Shown: positions 38,008-47,020 of the stretch, piece by piece
Layout of the letters: every line of letters starts with the position of its first letter
Numbering within the stretch: position 1 is the first letter of the stretch
From: Patescibacteria group bacterium
Lineage (GTDB): Bacteria; Patescibacteriota; Patescibacteriia; Buchananbacterales; UBA6539
DNA length: 64,000 bases
Reading direction: 5' to 3'
Assembly: GCA_041662625.1 (NCBI GenBank)
Contig: JBAZSB010000001.1
Location: forward strand, 182,467-246,466
The notes under the pieces: model-generated
Databases searched by the model: none
Seen by the model: only the letters and a program-made list of their open reading frames with translations
What the model was told of the DNA's origin: nothing
Made by a program: the position numbers and the translations under genes

Positions 38008-38036
38008 ATCTTATAGTAAGCTTTATTATTTGTCAA
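38008..38036 (-). promoter_or_regulatory. Sigma-70-like promoter for the GC-rich RNA and the downstream operon
   Basis: On the minus strand: TTGACA, 17-nt spacer, TAAGAT. It sits immediately after the stop of the upstream gene. Confidence 0.45.
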
Positions 38037-38043
38037 CGGATAT

Positions 38044-38367
38044 TTATTTGATATTAAAAAGCTCATTAAAGCGCTGCTTGATTACTGATTTGATTTTTTC
38101 TTCAGAAACAAAGGTAGTCACAATCCCGGGCACTTCAGCTTCGCCGATTACTTCCTGGTCAGTGACAATCACCAGGCCGGAAAATTCCAAATCAAGAAAC
38201 ATCTTGGAGACCCCAAAAGAAAAACGCATGATATTATTTTCCCAGGTTTTTTCCGGGTCAATCACTGTAATGCCAGGAAATTTTTGTTTCATCATCTCGC
38301 TCAGGTAAGTGTCTATTTTTTTAATTGCTTCTTGTTGGGTAGTCTGATGTGGTAAAGTTAATCGCAT
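38044..38367 (-). CDS. Hypothetical cytoplasmic protein
   Basis: 107-aa ORF with no confident family match. Confidence 0.35.
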   Translation of the reverse strand: MRLTLPHQTTQQEAIKKIDTYLSEMMKQKFPGITVIDPEKTWENNIMRFSFGVSKMFLDLEFSGLVIVTDQEVIGEAEVPGIVTTFVSEEKIKSVIKQRFNELFNIK

Positions 38368-38386
38368 AGAATTTTTGTTTAAACCT

Positions 38387-38415
38387 TTGACAATTTTTTA
38401 AAATTAAGGTATAAC
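38387..38415 (+). promoter_or_regulatory. Sigma-70 promoter for the small hydrophobic-peptide gene
   Basis: TTGACA, exactly 17 nt of spacer, TATAAC. Confidence 0.5.
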
Positions 38416-38468
38416 AGAGTAATGATGAAATAGGTCTTTGTGGTGCTAACCAGAGAGGGGTAGCAATA

Positions 38469-38585
38469 ATGAACAATGATTCCGAAGGTAGCTTCTTGGC
38501 TAAGGTTTTAGTGGCGGCAATAATTGTCACCGCTGCGGCCTGGGTCTTCTACCAGATGATTTTGATGGGTCAAGGCAAACCCTAG
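38469..38585 (+). CDS. 38-aa single-TM hydrophobic peptide
   Basis: MNNDSEGSFLAKVLVAAIIVTAAAWVFYQMILMGQGKP. SD GAGAGGGG upstream. Its own promoter and an intrinsic terminator (38618-38646). Confidence 0.35.
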   Translation: MNNDSEGSFLAKVLVAAIIVTAAAWVFYQMILMGQGKP

Positions 38586-38617
38586 TTGGCCAGCCCATTT
38601 TCCGCTTCCGTTTCCGC

Positions 38618-38646
38618 AACTCGGCTTTTGCCGAGTTTTCTTTTTA
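38618..38646 (+). terminator. Rho-independent terminator
   Basis: aactcggc-tttt-gccgagtt followed by TTTCTTTTTATT. Confidence 0.6.
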
Positions 38647-38650
38647 TTAA

Positions 38651-39118
38651 TTATTTATACCACTGACAAACTCCAGTGACACAACCGCAGCTTAAGTTGT
38701 ATTTAGTCTCATCATAACAATCCTTCCATTCACAGGTGCTGGTAATACTTTCACTTTTACCGTGGCAAATCTGGCCAGAACAACCGCCGACCTTACAATC
38801 AGCATCGGTTTGGCATTCAACTTTAGTAGACCTACCACAAAAACCGCCAAGATTAGTGGTGTTACGAGTAGCTTTATTATCACCGCGGTATTGGTCAGCA
38901 TAGTCTGGGCAATATTCTTCCCACATTCGCATACATTTTTGCTGAGATGGGCACCAGGAATAGCCAGCGGCAGTCAAGCAGTCATGTTCATCCTTTTGGC
39001 CGCCAATAAGTTGATCATTGGTATTATTGTTAGGAGGAATGACTGGAGTTTTAGCACAGCCGGCTAAGATAAAAACCGCGCTTAAAATTAGTGTGGAGAG
39101 TAAAAGTGTTTTTTTCAT
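38651..39118 (-). CDS. Cys-rich secreted lipoprotein
   Basis: Lipobox LAGCA. About 16 Cys residues in the mature part, consistent with disulfide-bonded extracytoplasmic folding. Confidence 0.5.
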   Translation of the reverse strand: MKKTLLLSTLILSAVFILAGCAKTPVIPPNNNTNDQLIGGQKDEHDCLTAAGYSWCPSQQKCMRMWEEYCPDYADQYRGDNKATRNTTNLGGFCGRSTKVECQTDADCKVGGCSGQICHGKSESITSTCEWKDCYDETKYNLSCGCVTGVCQWYK

Positions 39119-40254
39119 AGTCTTCCCCTTTTAATTGCCTGACGAATCTCAGACATTAAGGATAAGTAAAAATTCAAATTATTCAGTGTTGCCAGCCTCA
39201 TTCCCAGCGGCTCATTAGTTTTTAATAAATGATGCAAGTAGGCCTTAGAGTATTGTTTCAGATTGGTGTTGTTGATTGGCGATAAATCAGACTTGTATTT
39301 GGCGTTGGTGATGTTGATGGTTTTATAAAAGCTTTGAACCTTGAACAATGAACTTTGAACTTGCTTGTTCTTAGTTCCAAGTTCTAAGTTCTTAGTTTTC
39401 CAAAGATACAGCCGTCCGTGTCTGGCTTCCCTGGTCGGAATAACGCAGTCAAACATGTCGATCCCCTGCTTGACCGCGGCAACAATTTCTTCCGGTTTTC
39501 CTAGCCCCATTAAGTAACGGGGTTTATTTTCGGGCAAATGTGGCATTACCCAGTTTAAAATCTGTTTCATTTTCTCGCGCGGTTCACCAACCGCTACCCC
39601 TCCAATGGCATAACCATCAAAGTTAAGGGCGGTAATTTCTTTTACTGATTGTAAACGTAGATCTTTGTAGATTCCGCCTTGGATGATGCCGAAGAGCTTT
39701 GGGCTGTGAGCTTTGGGCTGTGAGCTTTCTTTGCATCGTTTGGCCCAGCGAGTAGTTCTTTCCATTGCTTCTTTAACTTTGTTTTTTGTTGCTGGGTAGC
39801 CAATGACTTCATCTAAAACCATGGCAATATCAACGCCTAAATCTTTTTGAATCTGAATTGATTTTTCTGGTGTTAAAAAATATTTTTTGCCACTTTGCGG
39901 ATCGGCGAACTCTACTCCTTTCTCGGTAACTTTTCTGAGGTTAGCCAGGGAGAATACCTGAAAACCGCCGGAATCAGTTAGAATTGGTCTGGGCCAGTTC
40001 ATAAACTGATGTAATCCCCCGCTTTTTTTAACCAATTTTTCTCCTGGTGCTAGTAACAAATGATAAGTATTGGCCAAAATAATCTGGGCACCAAGACTGT
40101 GCAGTTCAGCAGAATCAAGATTTTTAACTGCACCTTTGGTGGCAATCGGCATAAAAAAAGGACCCATAATGTCCCCGTGTGAGGTTGCAATTTTAGTTAG
40201 TCGAGCTTTAGTGTGGCTAGATTTTTTTAATATTTTAAACATAAAAAGAATCAA
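39115..40254 (-). CDS. tgt: Queuine tRNA-ribosyltransferase (tRNA-guanine transglycosylase)
   Basis: FMPIATKG...LTDSGGFQVFSLA...ALFGIxQG-like...YSKAYLHHL match the Tgt motifs. The track start is TTG 40254; an internal ATG at 40242 is also possible. The CxCxxC zinc motif is absent. Confidence 0.85.
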   Translation of the reverse strand: MILFMFKILKKSSHTKARLTKIATSHGDIMGPFFMPIATKGAVKNLDSAELHSLGAQIILANTYHLLLAPGEKLVKKSGGLHQFMNWPRPILTDSGGFQVFSLANLRKVTEKGVEFADPQSGKKYFLTPEKSIQIQKDLGVDIAMVLDEVIGYPATKNKVKEAMERTTRWAKRCKESSQPKAHSPKLFGIIQGGIYKDLRLQSVKEITALNFDGYAIGGVAVGEPREKMKQILNWVMPHLPENKPRYLMGLGKPEEIVAAVKQGIDMFDCVIPTREARHGRLYLWKTKNLELGTKNKQVQSSLFKVQSFYKTINITNAKYKSDLSPINNTNLKQYSKAYLHHLLKTNEPLGMRLATLNNLNFYLSLMSEIRQAIKRGRL

Positions 40255-40322
40255 GGTTTAAGAATTAAGAATCAAGGTTAGTATTCCTTGATTCATGATT
40301 CTTGATTCTTAATTCTGCAATT

Positions 40323-42236
40323 TTACTCAGTGATATCGATGACTAACCCTCGGCCGCCGCCGATTGGGTCATCCTCGAGGTTGGAAGTGACCGATTTGCC
40401 GGTTTTGTTAATCTCCGAATCAGTGCTTTGGTCGGTTGCCTTAAAGTAAGTTTGATCCGTTAGAATTAATAATTTTCTAACTTGTTGCTGGGTTGGCGTA
40501 ACGGAAACATCAAACCAGGCATTTATTTCATTAAAACCTTTGTCCGGCGGGATCCGATTGATCTGCCAGCTGATTTTGCGATCTTTGGCGCTGTAACTGA
40601 TTTCTCCGGCTTTAGCCAAAAATTTATTGGCCCATTCAACTCCTGCTGGCAGGACCGTACTGACTTCGACATCTTTTACTTCATGAAGACTGTTGGCTAA
40701 ATACCAATAGATGCGAAAAGTAGTTTTTTGGCCAACAACCGGTGGTAAGGGGCCAGTGCCAACAGCAATATTATCGTCATCAAAGTAACGGCCCTCAATT
40801 TTTAATTGAATATCAGTATTAATATTATTAGTAATTTCATCACCCGAAATTGTTAAATCTTCAACGGTCAGGTCGCCGATTTTTGTCATCGTGGCTGTGG
40901 CCTTACTGATAACTTGGAGTGAAGCATTATCCATATCAATATCTTGGGCTTCCTTGACCTGAATTGAAAAATCGATTGTTCCTTCGTCTAGCGGCCTGAC
41001 CAAATCCAATTCCGAAATTTGGTCTTTACTCCAAGTAATTTTATTACCATCAATTGTTCCCGAATGTTTATCGTCTAAAGTTTCCCAATCTAAGATATCG
41101 GAATCCAAAGTTACAGAAAAAGAAACATCGTCGAGGTCTTTTTGACCTAAATTTTTATAGACAACGGAATAAGTTAGAATTTGGCCAAAATTAATCGGTT
41201 GATCCTGGTTTGAGGCATTAATAATAAGATTAAGATCTAAATTTGGTTTAATAATCTGGGTAATGATTGATTTCTCTTGTTGGAGGGAAAATTCTTCATC
41301 CGTTTCCCCCAGAAAGCCGATTTGGACTTTAAAATTAGCTTCCGGCGCTTGGTCATCAGCCAGATAACCACCAGTGATTTCGATTTCCCCTTCTTGTTTT
41401 TTTTCTAAATTTTCAATCAGCCATTGATTATTTAAATTACGAGCATCTTCTTCTTGATGAAAAGGTTCCGGTTTTGATTCTTGAAAAATAAAATTGGCTG
41501 GATAAACAGCAAAGATTTTAATTTTTGTTAAATCTTGTTCAGAATTATTGCGGTAAGAAATTTTGTAAGTTGCCTTTTTTTCCGGTAAAATTTGCTCTGG
41601 CCCAGAAATATTAATTTCTAAAATTGAAGAAGTAATTTGGCAGCTGAAAGAAGTGGTTTCTTTAAAAGAGGAACTAAAATTTTCGGGCTGGAAGGTGGCA
41701 GTCGCATTGATCGTTTTAATTGAACCAACTTCGCCGATTAATTTTCCTTTGATTTCAATTTTACCGTTATCCCCTCGTGCCAGGTTACCTAATTTCCATG
41801 ATGACTTTGAATCATCATTTGGCTCCGGTGTTGCTGAAATGAATTCAAAGCCATCCGGGTAACGAAAAATAATTTCTAAATTGTTTAAATTAGTTTTCTC
41901 TATATTTTTATATTCTAAAACATAGGTTACCTCATCACCGGAAGCAATGCTTTGTTGGCTTTTTATTTCAAGCTTAATACTTTTATTTGAGAAAACTTCA
42001 CCTGGATTAAAAATAATAAATCCTAGCCAGCTAATGGCTGCCAGTAATAAAATTATGCCCAAAAAACTGATGAGAAATATTTTGAGGCGGCCCTTTCTTT
42101 TTACTTCCAAATGGGAAATATCAGGCAGACTACCATCTCTATTGCTATAAATATTCATCAATCCTTTGCGGATAATTAAATCATCTTTTCTAGCTTTGTC
42201 TTCTCTTTGGAGATCTTTTAATCTTTCTGGTTTCAT
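40323..42236 (-). CDS. Cell-surface protein with repeated beta-sandwich (DUF11 / conserved-repeat-domain-like) modules and an N-terminal TM anchor
   Basis: Single TM helix. Repeated modules such as VTYVLEYKNIEKTNLNNLEIIFRYPDGFEFISATPEP fit the DUF11 pattern. Confidence 0.5.
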   Translation of the reverse strand: MKPERLKDLQREDKARKDDLIIRKGLMNIYSNRDGSLPDISHLEVKRKGRLKIFLISFLGIILLLAAISWLGFIIFNPGEVFSNKSIKLEIKSQQSIASGDEVTYVLEYKNIEKTNLNNLEIIFRYPDGFEFISATPEPNDDSKSSWKLGNLARGDNGKIEIKGKLIGEVGSIKTINATATFQPENFSSSFKETTSFSCQITSSILEINISGPEQILPEKKATYKISYRNNSEQDLTKIKIFAVYPANFIFQESKPEPFHQEEDARNLNNQWLIENLEKKQEGEIEITGGYLADDQAPEANFKVQIGFLGETDEEFSLQQEKSIITQIIKPNLDLNLIINASNQDQPINFGQILTYSVVYKNLGQKDLDDVSFSVTLDSDILDWETLDDKHSGTIDGNKITWSKDQISELDLVRPLDEGTIDFSIQVKEAQDIDMDNASLQVISKATATMTKIGDLTVEDLTISGDEITNNINTDIQLKIEGRYFDDDNIAVGTGPLPPVVGQKTTFRIYWYLANSLHEVKDVEVSTVLPAGVEWANKFLAKAGEISYSAKDRKISWQINRIPPDKGFNEINAWFDVSVTPTQQQVRKLLILTDQTYFKATDQSTDSEINKTGKSVTSNLEDDPIGGGRGLVIDITE

Positions 42237-42237
42237 A

Positions 42238-44703
42238 TTATTTATTAATTAAAACTACCCCATAAAATTGATCAGTAGTAAGGATAGCACTAAAAATAGT
42301 TCCACTTTCATTGCCTGGCAAATCGGCCGGGAATTTCGCTAAAGGTTGCAATTTATCATTTAATCTTAAATAGCTTTTAAATTCACTGCCGATACTACCC
42401 AATTGTTTTTGGGCTAGCAGACTATAATAAAAGGTATTTTGGCCTTCCAGAGCTAATTTGAAGGGCAGGCGGTATTTGATAGTGGTCTCTTGAACTTCAC
42501 CCGGTTTAAGCTGGAGCCAGTTGCCAAATACGGTTTTGCCTTTTTCTTTGTAAATATCGGTGTCACTTTTTTCATCTTTCGTATGTTCAGTTTCAATACT
42601 AATTAAATCTAAGTCCTTTTGATAATCAGGGGCGGGTTTTTCAAAAAGTTCAGCTGGCGGAGACTTAAATCCCTCAGCACTCATAAGCGTGCTGCCTAAG
42701 GGTACATAGAATCGGACATAACTATTATTTTGAACACCGGTAAAAATATTATCCCCCTTTATTCCGGTATGGCGACGGATTAGTTTGACCGTATTAATGA
42801 TTGAGCCATCCTCTTGAATTTCGGCCTGGTGCTCAATAGTTTCTTTAATCACCCGATCGGTTTTTGCTCCGGCAATATTACTTTGAACTACTGATAAATA
42901 ATCACCCTCAGTTTGTCTAAGCTCACCTGCCCAGCCAAATTGCTTGATTAGTTCTTCTGTTTTTTGATCATTAAAGTAAACTAAAAATTGTTTTTCGTTT
43001 AATTCTTGCTTTAAAGCATCAACCAATTTTCCAATTTCTTCGCTATTGGCATTGAAAACTCTTTCTAAGAGCTTGGGGGCTAGGTCAGCAATAAATTGTT
43101 TTGGTCGATTCTCTTCTTTGTCATATTCCAGCTCAACAATTTTTTGGGTTTCTTCAACAAAGTTGGCGCTGGTAATATCCCGGCCGTATTCCGGCATGCT
43201 AATCGGCCCAAAGATTTCCAGGAGTTTTTCCATAAAAGTCGAAGTGATAGTGATTACTCCGTCAACGCTTGGACCGCCAGCATTCTGGTAAAACCATTCT
43301 ATTTTTTCCGCCGTCGCTGGATAGTCTGGCCACCAATTGGCATCCTGAAATTCCCAGCGCGAGTTAATCAGATGAAGAGGCTCCGGTGAAATCACCTTTG
43401 GTATTAATTGACCTTGAATGGCGTAAGTGCCGCCTCCCGGTATTTCTATTTTTTTAATTTCTCCGCGATCAATATCCAGTAAGGCAAAGCTACCCATAAA
43501 ACCGCCGCCACCCCGCAGTTCATTGTTATTAAGAAATATTACAAGATAACGTTGCCATTGATTGGCGCCAAGGACTTTTAGTAAGGTATTATTAATATCA
43601 TAAAGTTCGATTAAGCCTTCTTTAATAGTTGGTAGATAACTCAGAACTTTTTCAAATGACTCGCGGTGTTCGGGAGGTAAATCACTAACTTGAATGCTTT
43701 TTATTTTCTCTTCAGCCTCATTAAATTGGGTGATAATTTTATTCAAATCCAGTCTAAATTCAGATAAAGAATTGTAATAATCTTTAATGCTGCTGCTGGT
43801 AACAAATTTTTGGCCGCTATTAATTAAAATTTGACCAGTATCAGCGACGATTTCTCCGGCGGCCAATAAATTCATTCCGGCTGCCACCGATTGACTCTGA
43901 CCCGGTAAAAGCTTCAGGATTTCGCTAGTTAAAACACTTAAGGCATTAATTTCTTTTTGGGCTAAAGCAAATTCTTCTTTGGCTTGATTGAATTTTAAAT
44001 TTGCTCCGGCTAAATCGAGGTTAACTGCCGCTTGCTGGCCGGATTTAAGGCTTTCGATTGCTTCGTTAGTAATTAGGAGAATTTTATCCCTGGTGTCTTG
44101 TAGATTTTGGTAGTAAGTGAAAGCCTGCAGTGGTAAAACTAAGAGTATTGTTAAAACGGCAAAAACTGCCAATTTTTTGTACCAATATTTGGGGAGAGAA
44201 AGATTTAGAAGTTGTTTTTGTGGCGTTGGCGCAAAAATATCTTCGATTTCTTCTTCTGTTTCTGTTTCGGTATTTTTTGGTTCTGTTTTTTTGTTGGAAG
44301 CTTCTTTTTTTTCCGGCGAAGATACCTTGGGATAAGGAATGTTGATCAATGAATCGTTACTAGAAATAAAATTAACTCCCATCTTTTTAGTATTAGTTAT
44401 AATCGGCTTGGGAGTTTTAGTTGGAATTTTAGGTTGAATTTTTGGTTTAGTGGCTAGAAGCTGATTCACTTGGTTATTTTGGTCGCTAAATAACTCACGA
44501 TGAGGGTTTTTTAGATTAATAACAAATGGTGATTTTTGTTTTGCCTCATTTTTTATGGTTATCGTTGATTCTGATATTTCATTTTTGAAGTTACAATTTT
44601 TTAATTCGGCATTAACCAAAATTTCAGCCTGGGCGGCTGTTTTTTTAGTTTTAGTTATTTTTTTTGTTTCGCTTAAGCCTTTTTTATTTTTTGCCGGTGG
44701 CAT
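42238..44703 (-). CDS. DUF4012-domain membrane-anchored protein
   Basis: YLVIFLNNNELRGGGGFMGSFALLDIDRGEI matches the DUF4012 core. It has an N-terminal Lys-rich tail and a TM helix. It is adjacent to the glycosyltransferase genes. Confidence 0.55.
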   Translation of the reverse strand: MPPAKNKKGLSETKKITKTKKTAAQAEILVNAELKNCNFKNEISESTITIKNEAKQKSPFVINLKNPHRELFSDQNNQVNQLLATKPKIQPKIPTKTPKPIITNTKKMGVNFISSNDSLINIPYPKVSSPEKKEASNKKTEPKNTETETEEEIEDIFAPTPQKQLLNLSLPKYWYKKLAVFAVLTILLVLPLQAFTYYQNLQDTRDKILLITNEAIESLKSGQQAAVNLDLAGANLKFNQAKEEFALAQKEINALSVLTSEILKLLPGQSQSVAAGMNLLAAGEIVADTGQILINSGQKFVTSSSIKDYYNSLSEFRLDLNKIITQFNEAEEKIKSIQVSDLPPEHRESFEKVLSYLPTIKEGLIELYDINNTLLKVLGANQWQRYLVIFLNNNELRGGGGFMGSFALLDIDRGEIKKIEIPGGGTYAIQGQLIPKVISPEPLHLINSRWEFQDANWWPDYPATAEKIEWFYQNAGGPSVDGVITITSTFMEKLLEIFGPISMPEYGRDITSANFVEETQKIVELEYDKEENRPKQFIADLAPKLLERVFNANSEEIGKLVDALKQELNEKQFLVYFNDQKTEELIKQFGWAGELRQTEGDYLSVVQSNIAGAKTDRVIKETIEHQAEIQEDGSIINTVKLIRRHTGIKGDNIFTGVQNNSYVRFYVPLGSTLMSAEGFKSPPAELFEKPAPDYQKDLDLISIETEHTKDEKSDTDIYKEKGKTVFGNWLQLKPGEVQETTIKYRLPFKLALEGQNTFYYSLLAQKQLGSIGSEFKSYLRLNDKLQPLAKFPADLPGNESGTIFSAILTTDQFYGVVLINK

Positions 44704-44751
44704 TTTATTAGTGAAATTTTAGGATAAAACGCTAGTTAATTATACCATAAA

Positions 44752-45870
44752 TTACTGAGATTGGTAAATTGCAAGTGTTTCCTGGGCACATTTTTGCCAG
44801 CTATATTTTTTTATCTGCTCTAAACCACGAGTTTTTAACTTTTGATATAGTATTTGATCAGTTAGGACTTGGTTTGCTACCTTGGCAATTTCTTGGGGAT
44901 TGTGCGGATCAAAGTAAATTGCTGAATCAGCCAATATCTCAGGGAGGCTGGTTGAACCAGAAGCAATTACTGGTGTCCCGCAAGCCAGCGACTCTAAGGC
45001 AACCAGACCAAAGCCCTCGCAGAAGGAAGGCAAAATAAAGAGACTGGCGGCACTATAAACTAAAGGTAAGTCATTATCCGCAATAAAACCCGGGAGAATG
45101 ATATCTGATTTAAAATTTGATTTTTCAATCAACTCTTTAGCCTCTGGGTAGCAGGGATCAGGTTGACCAGCTAAAACCAATTGATAGTCCAGCTGATATT
45201 CAGATTTTATAATTTCGAAAGCTTTGATTAAGTTTGGCAAATTTTTATGGTCGCGCCAGACGCCAACATAAAAAATGAATGGTTTAGAAATTCGGAATTT
45301 ATTTTTTATTTTTTTTAAGGATTCTGAGTCTGACGTAACTTTAAAAGTTTGGTCAACGCCTAGATAGATTGTTTCGATCTTTTGGGCTGGAGCCTTAAAA
45401 AAATCAACCAGGTTTTTTTTGGTATGGTTTGAATTGCTGATAATCTTTTTAGCTTTTTTTAAACCAGTACGAAAAACTATTTCATAGCCCCATTTTCTAA
45501 TTATCGAATCTTTAACACGTGGTCCGGGATAAAATTTAGGGGTAATATCATGGATTGTCAGAATGAATTTTTTAGGATAAAAAATTGGAATATTAAACTG
45601 GGGAAAATGGACCAAATCTAACTTTTGGCTCAATAAAACTTTAGGTAATTCGAATTGCTCTGACCAGCTATACCAGCCTGATTTAACCTTGATTTTTTTG
45701 ACCCGGTCATTTGGCACCTGAAATTTTGAATAAGCCGGATCCAGCATTAGTAGAATATACTCATTTTTTTGGTCAATTTTAAAAAGTTGATCAGTTAAAT
45801 TTTTAATATAGGCCCCAATACCAGTAGTCGCTTCGGCGCCATACATTCGAGCGTCAATTCCAATTCGCAT
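44752..45870 (-). CDS. Glycosyltransferase family 4
   Basis: GT-B fold with the C-terminal EGFGLVALESLACGTPVIAS motif. Confidence 0.8.
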   Translation of the reverse strand: MRIGIDARMYGAEATTGIGAYIKNLTDQLFKIDQKNEYILLMLDPAYSKFQVPNDRVKKIKVKSGWYSWSEQFELPKVLLSQKLDLVHFPQFNIPIFYPKKFILTIHDITPKFYPGPRVKDSIIRKWGYEIVFRTGLKKAKKIISNSNHTKKNLVDFFKAPAQKIETIYLGVDQTFKVTSDSESLKKIKNKFRISKPFIFYVGVWRDHKNLPNLIKAFEIIKSEYQLDYQLVLAGQPDPCYPEAKELIEKSNFKSDIILPGFIADNDLPLVYSAASLFILPSFCEGFGLVALESLACGTPVIASGSTSLPEILADSAIYFDPHNPQEIAKVANQVLTDQILYQKLKTRGLEQIKKYSWQKCAQETLAIYQSQ

Positions 45871-45871
45871 A

Positions 45872-46993
45872 TTAAAGATTATTGATTATTTCTAAGATTT
45901 CCCCGGCCGCTTTTTGCCAGGTAAATTTTTGGCAATGTTTTAATCCCCTTTCTTTTAATAAATTCTGTAATTTTTCATCAGCCAAGAGTTGGTTTATCGT
46001 TTCGGTCAGTTCATTCCAATTATTTTGGTCAATCAGTAGGCCGGCTTTGTCGACTGCTTCCACTAAAGAAGAATTAAAGCTGGTAATAACCGGGGTACCG
46101 CAAGCCATTGCCTCAAGCGGAGGCAGACCGAAACCTTCGTAGATAGAAGGGTAAATAAATATTTTGGCTAAAGAATATAAAGCTGGTTTATCGGCCGCCT
46201 CAACATAACCAAGAAATTTAATTCTTTTTTTCGCTGGTGATTGCTGCCAGAGTTTATAAATTCTTTTATATTTCCAGGCTTGACCGCCAGCAATTACTAA
46301 TTTTAAAGAGTCATTTTTCAAATTTTGGAAAGCTAAAATCAAAGTTTCTATATTTTTTCTTGGTTCCAAATTACCTAGATAGAAAATGAAATCATCTGGG
46401 ACATTATATTTGTCTCTCACCTTTTGTTTTTCTCCTTCTGTTATCGACTGATAAAACATTTCATTAATTCCCTGATAGATAACTTTAATTTTATTCGGAT
46501 CAGTTCGGTAAATTTTTATGATATCATTTTTGGTATTTTCTGAAATCGCAATTATTACGTCAGCTTGTTGGCAAAGTTTTTTGGGATTAATCAGATGGTG
46601 CCAAAGCCGTTTTTTGAAAGTAAAGAACTCGGGATAAAGCTCAAATGATAAATCATGAACAACCAGAATTTTTTTGCAATCAGAAGAAAGATTAGTAAAC
46701 AAAAAACTCGGGGTCAGAAATATATCAACGCCGCCGATCATTTTATCAATAGTTTTGAATTTCAAGAAACGAATCCCGAGGTTAAAAATTTTATTTGGAT
46801 ATCTGAACCCTTTATAATTTACATTCGGGAAATCGAATTTAGGAACCTTTGTTGCCTTGGCGGTATTATAAAATAAAAAATATTGATTTTGGTGATCAAT
46901 CTTCAAAAGATGATAGATTAAATTATAAGTATATTCGCCGATACCGGAATAATAAGCTTCAGTTAAACAGCGGATATCAATGCCAATCTTCAT
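45872..46993 (-). CDS. Glycosyltransferase family 4
   Basis: EGFGLPPLEAMACGTPVITS motif. Confidence 0.8.
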   Translation of the reverse strand: MKIGIDIRCLTEAYYSGIGEYTYNLIYHLLKIDHQNQYFLFYNTAKATKVPKFDFPNVNYKGFRYPNKIFNLGIRFLKFKTIDKMIGGVDIFLTPSFLFTNLSSDCKKILVVHDLSFELYPEFFTFKKRLWHHLINPKKLCQQADVIIAISENTKNDIIKIYRTDPNKIKVIYQGINEMFYQSITEGEKQKVRDKYNVPDDFIFYLGNLEPRKNIETLILAFQNLKNDSLKLVIAGGQAWKYKRIYKLWQQSPAKKRIKFLGYVEAADKPALYSLAKIFIYPSIYEGFGLPPLEAMACGTPVITSFNSSLVEAVDKAGLLIDQNNWNELTETINQLLADEKLQNLLKERGLKHCQKFTWQKAAGEILEIINNL

Positions 46994-47020
46994 GAGTTAG
47001 TAATCAATGGTAAATTATTT

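Noticed and set aside
37740-38040. Tested the GC-rich RNA candidate against tmRNA, SRP RNA, 6S RNA, T-box and 5S by eye
   Set aside because: It has no tRNA-like 5'/3' acceptor pairing or T-arm, so it is not tmRNA. It has no GGAA-capped SRP domain IV motif (GGAAGCAGC). It has no T-box sequence AGGGUGGNACCGCG. It is therefore kept as an unclassified structured RNA; none of these known families is assigned.
39115-40254. Whether the tgt low-complexity insertion reflects a frameshifted pseudogene
   Set aside because: The reading frame is continuous across both repeat regions, and the conserved YSKAYLHHL and downstream motifs remain in frame. The gene appears intact, though it lacks the Zn ligands.
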